This document shows, one piece after another, positions 30,701 to 38,575 of a DNA stretch of 64,000 nt. The notes under the pieces are model-generated. The model did no database searches. It saw only the letters and a list, made by a program, of their open reading frames with translations, and was not told where the DNA came from. This DNA comes from an uncultured virus (IMG/VR IMGVR_UViG_3300024346_000052) (Duplodnaviria > Heunggongvirae > Uroviricota > Caudoviricetes > Crassvirales): the IMG/VR virus record IMGVR_UViG_3300024346_000052. The stretch is one strand, 5' to 3'. Both the position numbers and the translations under genes were made by a program. Positions within the stretch are counted from its first letter, which is position 1. The number at the start of each line of letters is the position of its first letter.

Positions 30701-32705
30701 TACCATATCTATCTTGTAAAATAACACCAACTTGGTAGGTTCTATTTTGTTTTAAGGTGTGATTTGGATATTGTACAAAACTATCTATAGTTCCGTTGTC
30801 ATTAGCTCCTAATTTTTCACCTGTACTAACCAGATAATCTAAAGTTAAAGGAGAAGTGTGTTTGTCTATAAAATTACCATATATAATTCTATTGCCAGCA
30901 GACTCTTGAGCTAGTGCTTTTATTGGTACTTTATCAGAAGTTCTAGTTATTACCTCAGGTGGCAAACTTTTAAAAGGCTTTCCAGACTGATACTGATAAG
31001 TGAATTTTTTAGTATTATTATTTAAAACAAGTAAATTATTTAAAGTAAAATCAACATCATCTACTACCTGCAATCTTCCCTCATTAGATTCTTTATATAA
31101 TATTTGTAATTCTATTACTTTAAGATTTGTAAACATTTCATTTACATTGTACTCCATAGGTATATTTAAACCTATTTGGTTTACTTTATTTTCAAACCAA
31201 TTTAAAACAGTTTCAGTACCCGCTTGATCTTGTTGATTAATAACCCTATCATCTAGTCCAGAATTAAAAGATTGACTAGTATTCAACATGTAACCATCTT
31301 GATTAGGAATAAACACAGGTTGTGTAAATGGAGATGTTAAAGAGTACTCGTTATCGTCATATTTAAATCTATAAGCAAATCTTACAAATTTTTCTTTTAA
31401 ATTCTCCCTGTCTCCAGCAAATTGACTTTTGTAATTTGGATTTGGCAAACTTAAATCTAAAAAAGCCTCGTCATTTCCAGAAATAGTTATATCTTGTTGT
31501 AATGTTATTTGGGTAGGAGCAAAATTAGATCCATTTGGCGTGAATTTTATACCATTTAATCTGTTTCCACTGCTATCTGTTTTAGTTTCATCAATTAAAG
31601 ATGAAAATACACCGCAACCTGTAAAAGTATTATCACTACCCATTACTTGCCAAGGAACTCTAGGACTTTCCCATTGAACTAAATTATTGCCACTAGAGGT
31701 TAAATTTATTGCAGTTCCTGCAGAATAAGTAATGGCAGAATTTACTTGTCTTTTAATAGATATTCTAACTGTTGAAGGTAAGTACTCTGAGGTTGCATCT
31801 ATAGCTGTTTGAGTAAATATTTCTATATCAGTGGCGGTAACAAGACTCTGATTACTGAGTTGAGGATATACAATAATTCCTTGTACTCCTGTATAATTTA
31901 CTTCAGCTACGTTATATACCTTGTTTGAGCCTTTAAAAGCAAATTTATCATATTTTTTTAATTTACTAATACCTGGAAACGCCTGTGGTGATGGTGAACC
32001 AGTACCTCTGTCGTCATAAAAAACAATAGTAGCAGCAATATTATCATAAGGTTGTGTACCAGTGTTACCCCATGGATTCCACGCGTGATTTTGCCAAAAA
32101 ATATTTTGCACTTCTGTTGTGTCTAAAATACTTGGTGCAAATACAGGTGCATATTTAGCAATAGATATTTGATCTTCATTAGTATAGTATGGAGAAGATA
32201 TAAAGTATTGTTTAGCTGTTTCAATATTAATTTTTCTAGGTTGATTTCTATTGTCTGTCCAAAACAGTAGGTTTTCTATTACATTAATACCTAAAACTGG
32301 GTGTGTAGTTGAAAAGTTTAAAAAATTTCCTTGTATTAAAAAATTAGATAAATTAGTTAAAACATTATATTCAACAATTAAGCACGTAGATCCACTAGTA
32401 GCTGGATTACTTAAACCATTTACAGAGTTATCACAGTAATTTGTTAAAAATAAATAAATACTATTTTTCTCGTTACTAACATGACCTCCTATAACTTGTA
32501 AGTTTGGTGGTATTGATTCGTTTGATGGAAACAACGAACTTATTAAATCGTTGCCTAAAACATTTTCTAAAGCACCAACATCAGAATCCTCAGACTTACT
32601 AACAGCTACATTAATAGCGTTTCTATACTGTCCTCCAGATAATAATCTATCATCTAGGTCTTTATTCATTTTAGACTCTACAAATGTATGTTTAGTTTGT
32701 GCCAT
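27705..32705 (-). CDS. Tail stabilization/muzzle-like protein (crAss-like N-terminus) with beta-rich extension
   Basis: KMNKDLDDRL...YRNAIN...DVGALEN, LFWTDNRNQPRKINI, RFAYRFKYDDNEYS, GNRIIYGNF. Confidence 0.7.
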   Translation of the reverse strand: MAQTKHTFVESKMNKDLDDRLLSGGQYRNAINVAVSKSEDSDVGALENVLGNDLISSLFPSNESIPPNLQVIGGHVSNEKNSIYLFLTNYCDNSVNGLSNPATSGSTCLIVEYNVLTNLSNFLIQGNFLNFSTTHPVLGINVIENLLFWTDNRNQPRKINIETAKQYFISSPYYTNEDQISIAKYAPVFAPSILDTTEVQNIFWQNHAWNPWGNTGTQPYDNIAATIVFYDDRGTGSPSPQAFPGISKLKKYDKFAFKGSNKVYNVAEVNYTGVQGIIVYPQLSNQSLVTATDIEIFTQTAIDATSEYLPSTVRISIKRQVNSAITYSAGTAINLTSSGNNLVQWESPRVPWQVMGSDNTFTGCGVFSSLIDETKTDSSGNRLNGIKFTPNGSNFAPTQITLQQDITISGNDEAFLDLSLPNPNYKSQFAGDRENLKEKFVRFAYRFKYDDNEYSLTSPFTQPVFIPNQDGYMLNTSQSFNSGLDDRVINQQDQAGTETVLNWFENKVNQIGLNIPMEYNVNEMFTNLKVIELQILYKESNEGRLQVVDDVDFTLNNLLVLNNNTKKFTYQYQSGKPFKSLPPEVITRTSDKVPIKALAQESAGNRIIYGNFIDKHTSPLTLDYLVSTGEKLGANDNGTIDSFVQYPNHTLKQNRTYQVGVILQDRYGRQTDVILAEPLSGPRVEIPAGSGNFYGDSTVYHAYKSSSFSGSQSMVEWPGDSLKVLFRNLIPTELNNRPGYPGLYAADTNPLGFYSYKIVVKQKQQEYYNVYLPSLLYGVPIGGSVSIGWSSLNSQDQIVQCNEPSGPSNTVFTNQTSLTGLQTTTGLKPGMKFVLKSNSFTNTTSNSDCCPPSNPNNPCPNACGVVGGATCATYTITGIPDDSTITFSPAAVAIYSPYCQHTPGSVCCDKTPGTGATPADNCGTTDSSTATVPSQGVKNSQPTPDLVFTQDGTTVILNPKTVNSPSEMTTTLLTDNINKMPADLNEVRPNQEQFSTSDDVYFARVAMNQADKFVIVGGINNTPLTGTSLVYSSQVNTSIKSDVVKILAGYQDLFPSTDRASGLYKVSTNPFTSIMSNTFQIGSVSDEPQTFTCFETEPVVSELDIFWETSSSGIISELNNSVIGLDPSGTGTSNDVIGISGSNDFVQLESLTPSPSSPVNVGTVSAIIGSGAIVSSNITLISVRDGNNVNLDSFYDIIADPSGGNEYILRATDGCVFLENSTTNASNQRIFTFQVQDTQTGNVSNLLTNIYSYTTSIGNAVPSFAGFGNDNNGWPNNPVGIINLTDYLVNQYSIVPSVSVIGAFSPSFNSQGQTQAKADSRIYFKNGSGADFFSLGISDNEFSEVIIEMQVSRTDSSQGGGATFTAMQSQNVPVNGFIATSNGTTINNGVISTNAPVVSTGVGASGNLLTNSAVSLAQNTGSTTQSGTRAGSLKGYGGTTSISTATIEVFDGFYLTQAGTSDSIYTPASYSIPDNVPAYIVGWYGGYYVSENPSIRDNAGNLLTDTTTGQPYVENGGVAAAQDFNLNWLKERYIRFIIKDANGSQLGMTQTIGTNVIGQDGIKVEFNIVGTPLNGVIRSYGLSVVGGVQQSCGTASVGAGFSAAGGTNSNTAANSTDEGQATGNNQTGTATVPAQGNNPYVMGGQAGGGPGPGQVGALGLNVNDNN

Positions 32706-32708
32706 GTA

Positions 32709-33845
32709 TTAATGTTTTAACCATTTAGATTTACCTCTCATAGTTTGTATAAGTGTATCTAATTTTAAATTACTTAATCTTATTTTAGCATTTCTAAGTT
32801 GAGCTCTTCTATCTTTTTTAAATCTTTGTACAACATATTCAGGAACGTTCATTCTGCTAGAAAGTATGCTATATACTATGTGCATATACATAGCTTCTTC
32901 TATCATCTTAGGTATTTTAGTATCAGCATCATATGCTAAGCCATCAGAAATATATTCTAAAGTTATTACTTTACCTACTAAATCACTACTAAAACTAAAC
33001 ATACCTCTTCTATCATCTATAGTAAACCAACCATTACTTTGTGACACAGCAGGATCCATACCATATCTTTGGCCATAAGCTGTTTTCCACCAAGCCCAGT
33101 TGTAAACATTAGATTCTTCACCTCTTCTGTCTCCTGTTAAGTCTCTTTTATTAAAACTGTTCCAACGTTCTTCTATTAAACCTTGAGCAGCTTCTATATT
33201 TGATTCAAAATTATCTTGTATTGGCTCTCCTTCAGTGTCTTGAATTAAAGGATCAATAGGATTCATTGTCAACGTGTTTGCTGGAAATATAGTTCTTTGT
33301 ACACCATTTTCATCAACCCAGGCTAACCTAGTATAATTAACATAGTCTTGTGGTATTATTATATTTAAACTATTAGGTATTGATAGTTCTTGAGACTTTA
33401 AACTTCTTAATGTATCATATGAAAACTCTTGTAAACCTCTCTTAGCGTGAAAAACTACATCTTTTCTTTTAACATTAGTTATATATTTTCCATCTCCAAC
33501 ATATGCTGTCATAAAGTTGTCAACAACATCTTTGATTTTTATGTACTCATACTCCCCATTATTATCAAATCTAGCTTGATTATTTAGCTCTACTCTAATT
33601 AATGAGTCTACAGATGGAGCGCTAACAAATCTAATTATATTAAGAGGTTTTAATACATAGTCAGTTGTTTGAGTTTTTAAAACACCGTCTAAGTATACAG
33701 AAAAATTAGGATTTGAAACATTACTAACACTTGCGATTAGATTTGTATCAAAAGTGCATTGAAAATCAGTGTTAGTGCTAATCGTTTGCAAAAACTCTTG
33801 TTGTCCAGCGTAGTATTGAGCATTAGTTTCAGTTATTAGTCCCAT
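32709..33845 (-). CDS. Tail tubular/ring protein
   Basis: FHAKRGLQEFSYD, PQDYVNY, LEYISDG; position after the head genes. Confidence 0.6.
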   Translation of the reverse strand: MGLITETNAQYYAGQQEFLQTISTNTDFQCTFDTNLIASVSNVSNPNFSVYLDGVLKTQTTDYVLKPLNIIRFVSAPSVDSLIRVELNNQARFDNNGEYEYIKIKDVVDNFMTAYVGDGKYITNVKRKDVVFHAKRGLQEFSYDTLRSLKSQELSIPNSLNIIIPQDYVNYTRLAWVDENGVQRTIFPANTLTMNPIDPLIQDTEGEPIQDNFESNIEAAQGLIEERWNSFNKRDLTGDRRGEESNVYNWAWWKTAYGQRYGMDPAVSQSNGWFTIDDRRGMFSFSSDLVGKVITLEYISDGLAYDADTKIPKMIEEAMYMHIVYSILSSRMNVPEYVVQRFKKDRRAQLRNAKIRLSNLKLDTLIQTMRGKSKWLKH

Positions 33846-33848
33846 TTT

Positions 33849-34568
33849 TTAAGATTTTTCATTTTGATTTTCTTGTGCAACTAATCCCATAGCTGTTTGA
33901 GTTATTTGATTGTCTCTTATTATAACTCCACAATAAATTAATATAGTATTTATTAACTCTACTTGATCTATGTCAGATATTTCAAAATCAACACTAGGAT
34001 TTGTTGTAGCGGTTGTGGGGTTAAAAACGTAATTACCTATACTACCTAAAGAATAATTCCAAACTGGTGCATTAGGTTTTCTTACGTAGTAAACTGTTAA
34101 TTCAGTATTTAAAATGTCAGAAGGCACTGGATATACAACATTTGCTCTTATTGAAAAAGCAGGAAAAGTTTTACTTGGAGATGTCAACTTAGACCTTTTG
34201 GCTAAGTTTAAATCATGAGTTGTCATTTGTGCTAACTCAACTGGCAGACTACCTAGTTGGTTATATTCTATAGTGCCTAGCCTGTGTAAAGCAGGGCTTA
34301 GGTCTGAAAGTTTATTTAAAGATGGCATTATTTTTTCTTCCTCAAATACGTCAATTTTTTCTTGATTAGTTTTAACTCTATTCGCATACTCACTATCGTT
34401 TGGAGCCATTCTAAGAGCTTGATTAAGATCTTCAAAGTATTTCTCAAATATAGTTAATTGAGCTTGCTCTGCTAGAGTATTAAACTCTGCAGGGGGTATA
34501 TACCCTCTTTGTTCTTTGTTTAAAACGTACAGAACAGTTTGATAAACTTGATTTATTGATATTGCCAT
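33849..34568 (-). CDS. Head-tail connector/ring protein
   Basis: LNKEQRGYIPPAEFN, YVRKP..P.W; crAss-like synteny. Confidence 0.6.
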   Translation of the reverse strand: MAISINQVYQTVLYVLNKEQRGYIPPAEFNTLAEQAQLTIFEKYFEDLNQALRMAPNDSEYANRVKTNQEKIDVFEEEKIMPSLNKLSDLSPALHRLGTIEYNQLGSLPVELAQMTTHDLNLAKRSKLTSPSKTFPAFSIRANVVYPVPSDILNTELTVYYVRKPNAPVWNYSLGSIGNYVFNPTTATTNPSVDFEISDIDQVELINTILIYCGVIIRDNQITQTAMGLVAQENQNEKS

Positions 34569-34579
34569 TGTATATTTTT

Positions 34580-34607
34580 AAAAAAAAAGGTGGCGTTAAC
34601 CACCTTT
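34580..34607 (-). terminator. Intrinsic terminator
   Basis: AAAGGTGG-TTAACG-CCACC followed by T9 on the - strand. Confidence 0.75.
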
Positions 34608-34609
34608 AT

Positions 34610-34638
34610 TATAATCACTTGTTATTTTAGATTTTTCT
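34610..34638 (-). promoter_or_regulatory. Class B promoter-like motif abutting the terminator
   Basis: AGAAA-N15-GTGATTATA. Confidence 0.55.
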
Positions 34639-35419
34639 CTACTGATCTAAAAACTTCTAAACCTTCATCAGTTTTAAACCAAGCGGCTAAAGCTGAATAA
34701 GGGTGTTCATCAAAAGGAACTGTAAATAGCTTTCTATTAGTCTTACCCCAACTAAAAGTTCTATTGTCTCCTGATAATTTTAATATATCTTGTTCAACTG
34801 CTATAATACCTAAATTTCTAAGCTGCACATTTTCATCAGTAGCTAACTCAACAAAAACTTGAGGATTTGATCTAGCAAAAAGTAAAGCATCTCTTTTTAA
34901 TTCATTACTACTCATCGTTGAAACCTTAGAACCATTTTCTACTCTCATTATAGCTTCTAAATGATCTATTTCTAATTCTTTAGCCAGATTTAAAGCTTGT
35001 ATTTCCATTTCTATCCACTCTACTTCATTAGTAGCCTCAACTTGCGGCTTGTATTCATAAAACATTAAGTCGTTTTGAGGGTGGGCATTTAAAAACTTTT
35101 GTAAAACAACATTAGTCTTTTTAACTATTAAAACACCTTTTTCAAAAATAACGTGTTTTAAAGTAGCAGGACCTTTTTGTTCATCTACGAATATACTGCT
35201 TTGATTTGTGGCGTATCTTAATTCTCTATTATGACCTTTTTCTTTATCAAACCAAAGTAAAGGATATTTAATTGAATGCTTTATTGGTATTGTATAAGTT
35301 AATGGTTCATAATTATTTTTTAAGATATAAGTTCTATCTTTATATTCCCAAACATCTTTTTTTATTTCAGGAGTTGCTGCAACTTTTGCTACAGGCTTTT
35401 TCTTTTGTTTTGTTTCCAT
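34622..35419 (-). CDS. Phage structural-cluster protein
   Basis: 265-aa ORF between the capsid and ring genes. Confidence 0.6.
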   Translation of the reverse strand: METKQKKKPVAKVAATPEIKKDVWEYKDRTYILKNNYEPLTYTIPIKHSIKYPLLWFDKEKGHNRELRYATNQSSIFVDEQKGPATLKHVIFEKGVLIVKKTNVVLQKFLNAHPQNDLMFYEYKPQVEATNEVEWIEMEIQALNLAKELEIDHLEAIMRVENGSKVSTMSSNELKRDALLFARSNPQVFVELATDENVQLRNLGIIAVEQDILKLSGDNRTFSWGKTNRKLFTVPFDEHPYSALAAWFKTDEGLEVFRSVEKNLK

Positions 35420-35441
35420 AATATAATATAATATAATAATT

Positions 35442-35469
35442 AAAAAAGACCCCGCCTAAGCGGGATCTT
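35442..35469 (-). terminator. Intrinsic terminator after the capsid genes
   Basis: AAGATCCCGC-TTAG-GCGGGGTC-TTTTTT on the - strand. Confidence 0.8.
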
Positions 35470-35484
35470 ATTATTGTTTAATCC

Positions 35485-35829
35485 TTATGTAGGCTCTTCA
35501 TCACCTATAGTAACTGATTTGCAAAACAAACCTTCACCTAAGTCAACAGCTGCAACAGCAGTGCTTCCTTTTGGTTCAGTAATTGCTTTTACAATAGCGG
35601 CGTTAATACCGTTTCTTGAAGCGGGTGTTAAAGCTGCGTCTGTACCATCTTTGTCTCCTCCAGCTATAATAGCTATTAAAAACGTTTCTGATGCAGCACC
35701 AACAACAGTGACACCGTAAGTAACAGCAATATCAGCATTAGTGCCACTTGGTGCACTTACGTGGACTATGTTATCAGCAGGCAGAAGATCAAAATCTCCA
35801 TCTTTTTTCATTAGTTTTATGTATGCCAT
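35485..35829 (-). CDS. Putative capsid decoration/auxiliary protein
   Basis: Directly after the capsid gene and before the terminator. Confidence 0.5.
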   Translation of the reverse strand: MAYIKLMKKDGDFDLLPADNIVHVSAPSGTNADIAVTYGVTVVGAASETFLIAIIAGGDKDGTDAALTPASRNGINAAIVKAITEPKGSTAVAAVDLGEGLFCKSVTIGDEEPT

Positions 35830-35859
35830 AATTTCTATATTTTAAATGTTAATAAATAA

Positions 35860-37353
35860 TTAAGCTCCTTTGAATAACACGAAGTTATTAGCAGCTTGTG
35901 TAACTAAACATCTTTCAGATAGAAAGTGCACTTCCATAGCATCTAATCCTGAAGTATAAGCTCCACCTACAGATCCAGTGATCCAAGACTTATATCTTCT
36001 ATCTTCAGTTTCAGAAGCTCTATAACGTACATGTAAGAAAGGACGTCTAATGTTTGATCCCATTGATTGGTCATAAACAGTTGTAGTACCAGCTGGAATC
36101 ATAACACCATCAATAGCGTTAGACATTCCTCTAGTAGTAGCATCGTTTAAGTATTTCCAATCAGTTTTGTAGAAGTCATAAGAACCTCTTCTAAAACCTG
36201 AAAAACCAAAGTTTAAAGCCATTTCTTGCTCGTTATCAAAAAGACCATAAGAAGCAGAAGCAGTAGAACCAAATCCACCACCAGCTTGAGCAGCAATCAT
36301 ATCATCAAAATCAAGAGCCGTAGATCTTGATAAAAATAACATGTTCTCTTCAATAGCACCTTGCTTGTCTAATTGTTGTAGTATAGCATCAAAATCACCT
36401 AAAGCACCAGCTCCAGGAGAAGCAGCTCCAGCAAAACCAGAGTATACATTACCTCTATCTTCTATAGCGGCAAATAAACCTTCAGAACCAGAAACTTCAA
36501 TACCAGAAGTTACAGTAGTACCCTCATAGTTAAACTTGTGACCTGATTTTTCTGACTCAACCATCATCATTTCTAAATAGTCATCAAATCTTAATCTTGT
36601 TTCAGACTCAGATTTCAAGTACCATAAGTAACCAGATGTTCCATCTTCAGTAGCGACTTCAACCCAACCAATTTGCGCAGTATCAGAACCATTAATCTCA
36701 AAGTGATCTTTAAGAATAATAGGATTGTTACTAAATTGTGTAAAGTTTGGCTGAATAGCACCTACCATAGACTGTGTACCTTTACCAAAGTCAGATCCAT
36801 ATACAAAGATCTTAACAGCAGCACTTGATAACCCAGTAGACCAAGTAGTCTTATCATAAGTTACAACTTCTATTTCATCCGTTAGAGTTGAACCAGCGTC
36901 AAATGGTGATTTAGTTACTAAAGCCTTTTGAGTTATTAACCCAGTAGCTTTATCAGAAACTAAAATAGTTTGACCTGTTCTAATAGCAACATTTAAAGAA
37001 TCTGTTTTACCAACTCCAGTACCAATGTTGTTTACTTTTACTTTTTGAGCACCAGCACCGCCTGAAGCAGTAGCATCATCATAAGCAATGTGTAATCTAT
37101 TTTGCTCAGACCAAACAACTTGATCAGATGTCATAGGCATTTCAGCGCCTACCATTCTCAAGAAACCAGACAAAGTCCTGTTTCCGTATCTTTCAACCTC
37201 TGCTTCATACAATTCCGGTAGGTATTGTTGAGCAAAGTTATTATCATTACCAGTAGTTGTACCTGTAAAATCTAAGTAATTAGTTTCTAAAGCTAATTTC
37301 TTTTGTGAAGGTACAATTTGAGCCGGGAATGATCCTGTATTATTAAAACTCAT
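35860..37353 (-). CDS. Major capsid protein
   Basis: 497 aa after portal and scaffold; QYLPELYEAEVERYG, SEGLFAAIE.RG, NFGFSGF; followed by a strong terminator. Confidence 0.8.
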   Translation of the reverse strand: MSFNNTGSFPAQIVPSQKKLALETNYLDFTGTTTGNDNNFAQQYLPELYEAEVERYGNRTLSGFLRMVGAEMPMTSDQVVWSEQNRLHIAYDDATASGGAGAQKVKVNNIGTGVGKTDSLNVAIRTGQTILVSDKATGLITQKALVTKSPFDAGSTLTDEIEVVTYDKTTWSTGLSSAAVKIFVYGSDFGKGTQSMVGAIQPNFTQFSNNPIILKDHFEINGSDTAQIGWVEVATEDGTSGYLWYLKSESETRLRFDDYLEMMMVESEKSGHKFNYEGTTVTSGIEVSGSEGLFAAIEDRGNVYSGFAGAASPGAGALGDFDAILQQLDKQGAIEENMLFLSRSTALDFDDMIAAQAGGGFGSTASASYGLFDNEQEMALNFGFSGFRRGSYDFYKTDWKYLNDATTRGMSNAIDGVMIPAGTTTVYDQSMGSNIRRPFLHVRYRASETEDRRYKSWITGSVGGAYTSGLDAMEVHFLSERCLVTQAANNFVLFKGA

Positions 37354-37364
37354 ATTGTTTTTTT

Positions 37365-38546
37365 TTATGTTTTGTTAAATTTACTTTTTATTTTTAGTTT
37401 AGAACTGTCAGCTCCTGATATTGCTCTAACTTTTAAGCCATTTATAAAAACATCACCTGGATCGCTAGATCTTGGATCTGTATTTATATTTTTAGACTTA
37501 GAAATTATGCTCTTAGTAGCATCAGCTACTCCTTGATCATAGAAATGTTTTGCAACATTGTCAGGATTGCTAGCTATGTAAAGGGCTTTGTGGTAATCAT
37601 CTAAACTGTCTACTGTACCGTCTTCTTTCAAAAACTTTTGAAAAAAATTATTAATACTTGACTGATCTTTTGACGTTTTTTCTACATCGCTAATTCCATA
37701 TCTAAACCTCTTATCACCTAAATCAAATTCAAAACCTTTAAACTCATTTTTATTAAAATAATTAGATGTTTTTTCTTGGAACTCTTTACTAACTTTCTGT
37801 GCTTTATTTTGTTCTTCACTGTATCTATTGAAAAAATCCATTGCTTTTTGTTGTTCTTGAGTAACGCCCGGTCTCAACTTGATCTCGTCGTAATACTTCT
37901 TTTTCGTTTCCTCTAAAAAGTTTTTGGCTTTTGCAATTTCTTCTTTACGAGCTAGACGTTTTTTCTTAACTTCTCTCTCGCTTTCAACCTCATCGTCAAA
38001 ATAAAATTTATCTTCTAAGATAAAGTCTATTTCGTCTTTTTCTAAATGAGGCTTAGTACTTTTATAATATTCTGATAATAAAGCGTCGTCACTTATTGTA
38101 GAGTAGTCTCTACTTAACCTTACATAGTCTTCTAAGTTTCCACCAGTTTCTTTCATGAAACTAACTAACTTTTCTACATTTTCAGGTAGATTTACTTTAA
38201 CATCTTCTATTATTGGTTTTTTAATTTCTTCTTCAACAGATTTTTCTGTTTTTTCAATTTGACTTATAGGAGATTTTATTTCTTCTTCTTTAATATCATC
38301 TTTACTGGACTCGACCCGTATATCTTTGTCCATTTCTTGGCTATCTTTGGGTGATTCGCCCATAGGTACTTCTTTTGTTTCTCTGACTTGAACGGCATCT
38401 TCTTCTTTTTTAGGTTCTTCTTTTTTAGTTAAATCTAATTTTGTAATATTAGTTTTTTCTACTAGTTTTCTAGGCCTACCTGGTTTTTTCTTTACTTTAA
38501 GACCCTCAACTGTAGGGTCAACTACTGGTTTTTCTTTTTGTGACAT
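37365..38546 (-). CDS. Putative scaffolding protein
   Basis: Highly charged helical protein between portal and capsid genes. Confidence 0.6.
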   Translation of the reverse strand: MSQKEKPVVDPTVEGLKVKKKPGRPRKLVEKTNITKLDLTKKEEPKKEEDAVQVRETKEVPMGESPKDSQEMDKDIRVESSKDDIKEEEIKSPISQIEKTEKSVEEEIKKPIIEDVKVNLPENVEKLVSFMKETGGNLEDYVRLSRDYSTISDDALLSEYYKSTKPHLEKDEIDFILEDKFYFDDEVESEREVKKKRLARKEEIAKAKNFLEETKKKYYDEIKLRPGVTQEQQKAMDFFNRYSEEQNKAQKVSKEFQEKTSNYFNKNEFKGFEFDLGDKRFRYGISDVEKTSKDQSSINNFFQKFLKEDGTVDSLDDYHKALYIASNPDNVAKHFYDQGVADATKSIISKSKNINTDPRSSDPGDVFINGLKVRAISGADSSKLKIKSKFNKT

Positions 38547-38575
38547 AATATAATATAATAATTAATAATTAACGA

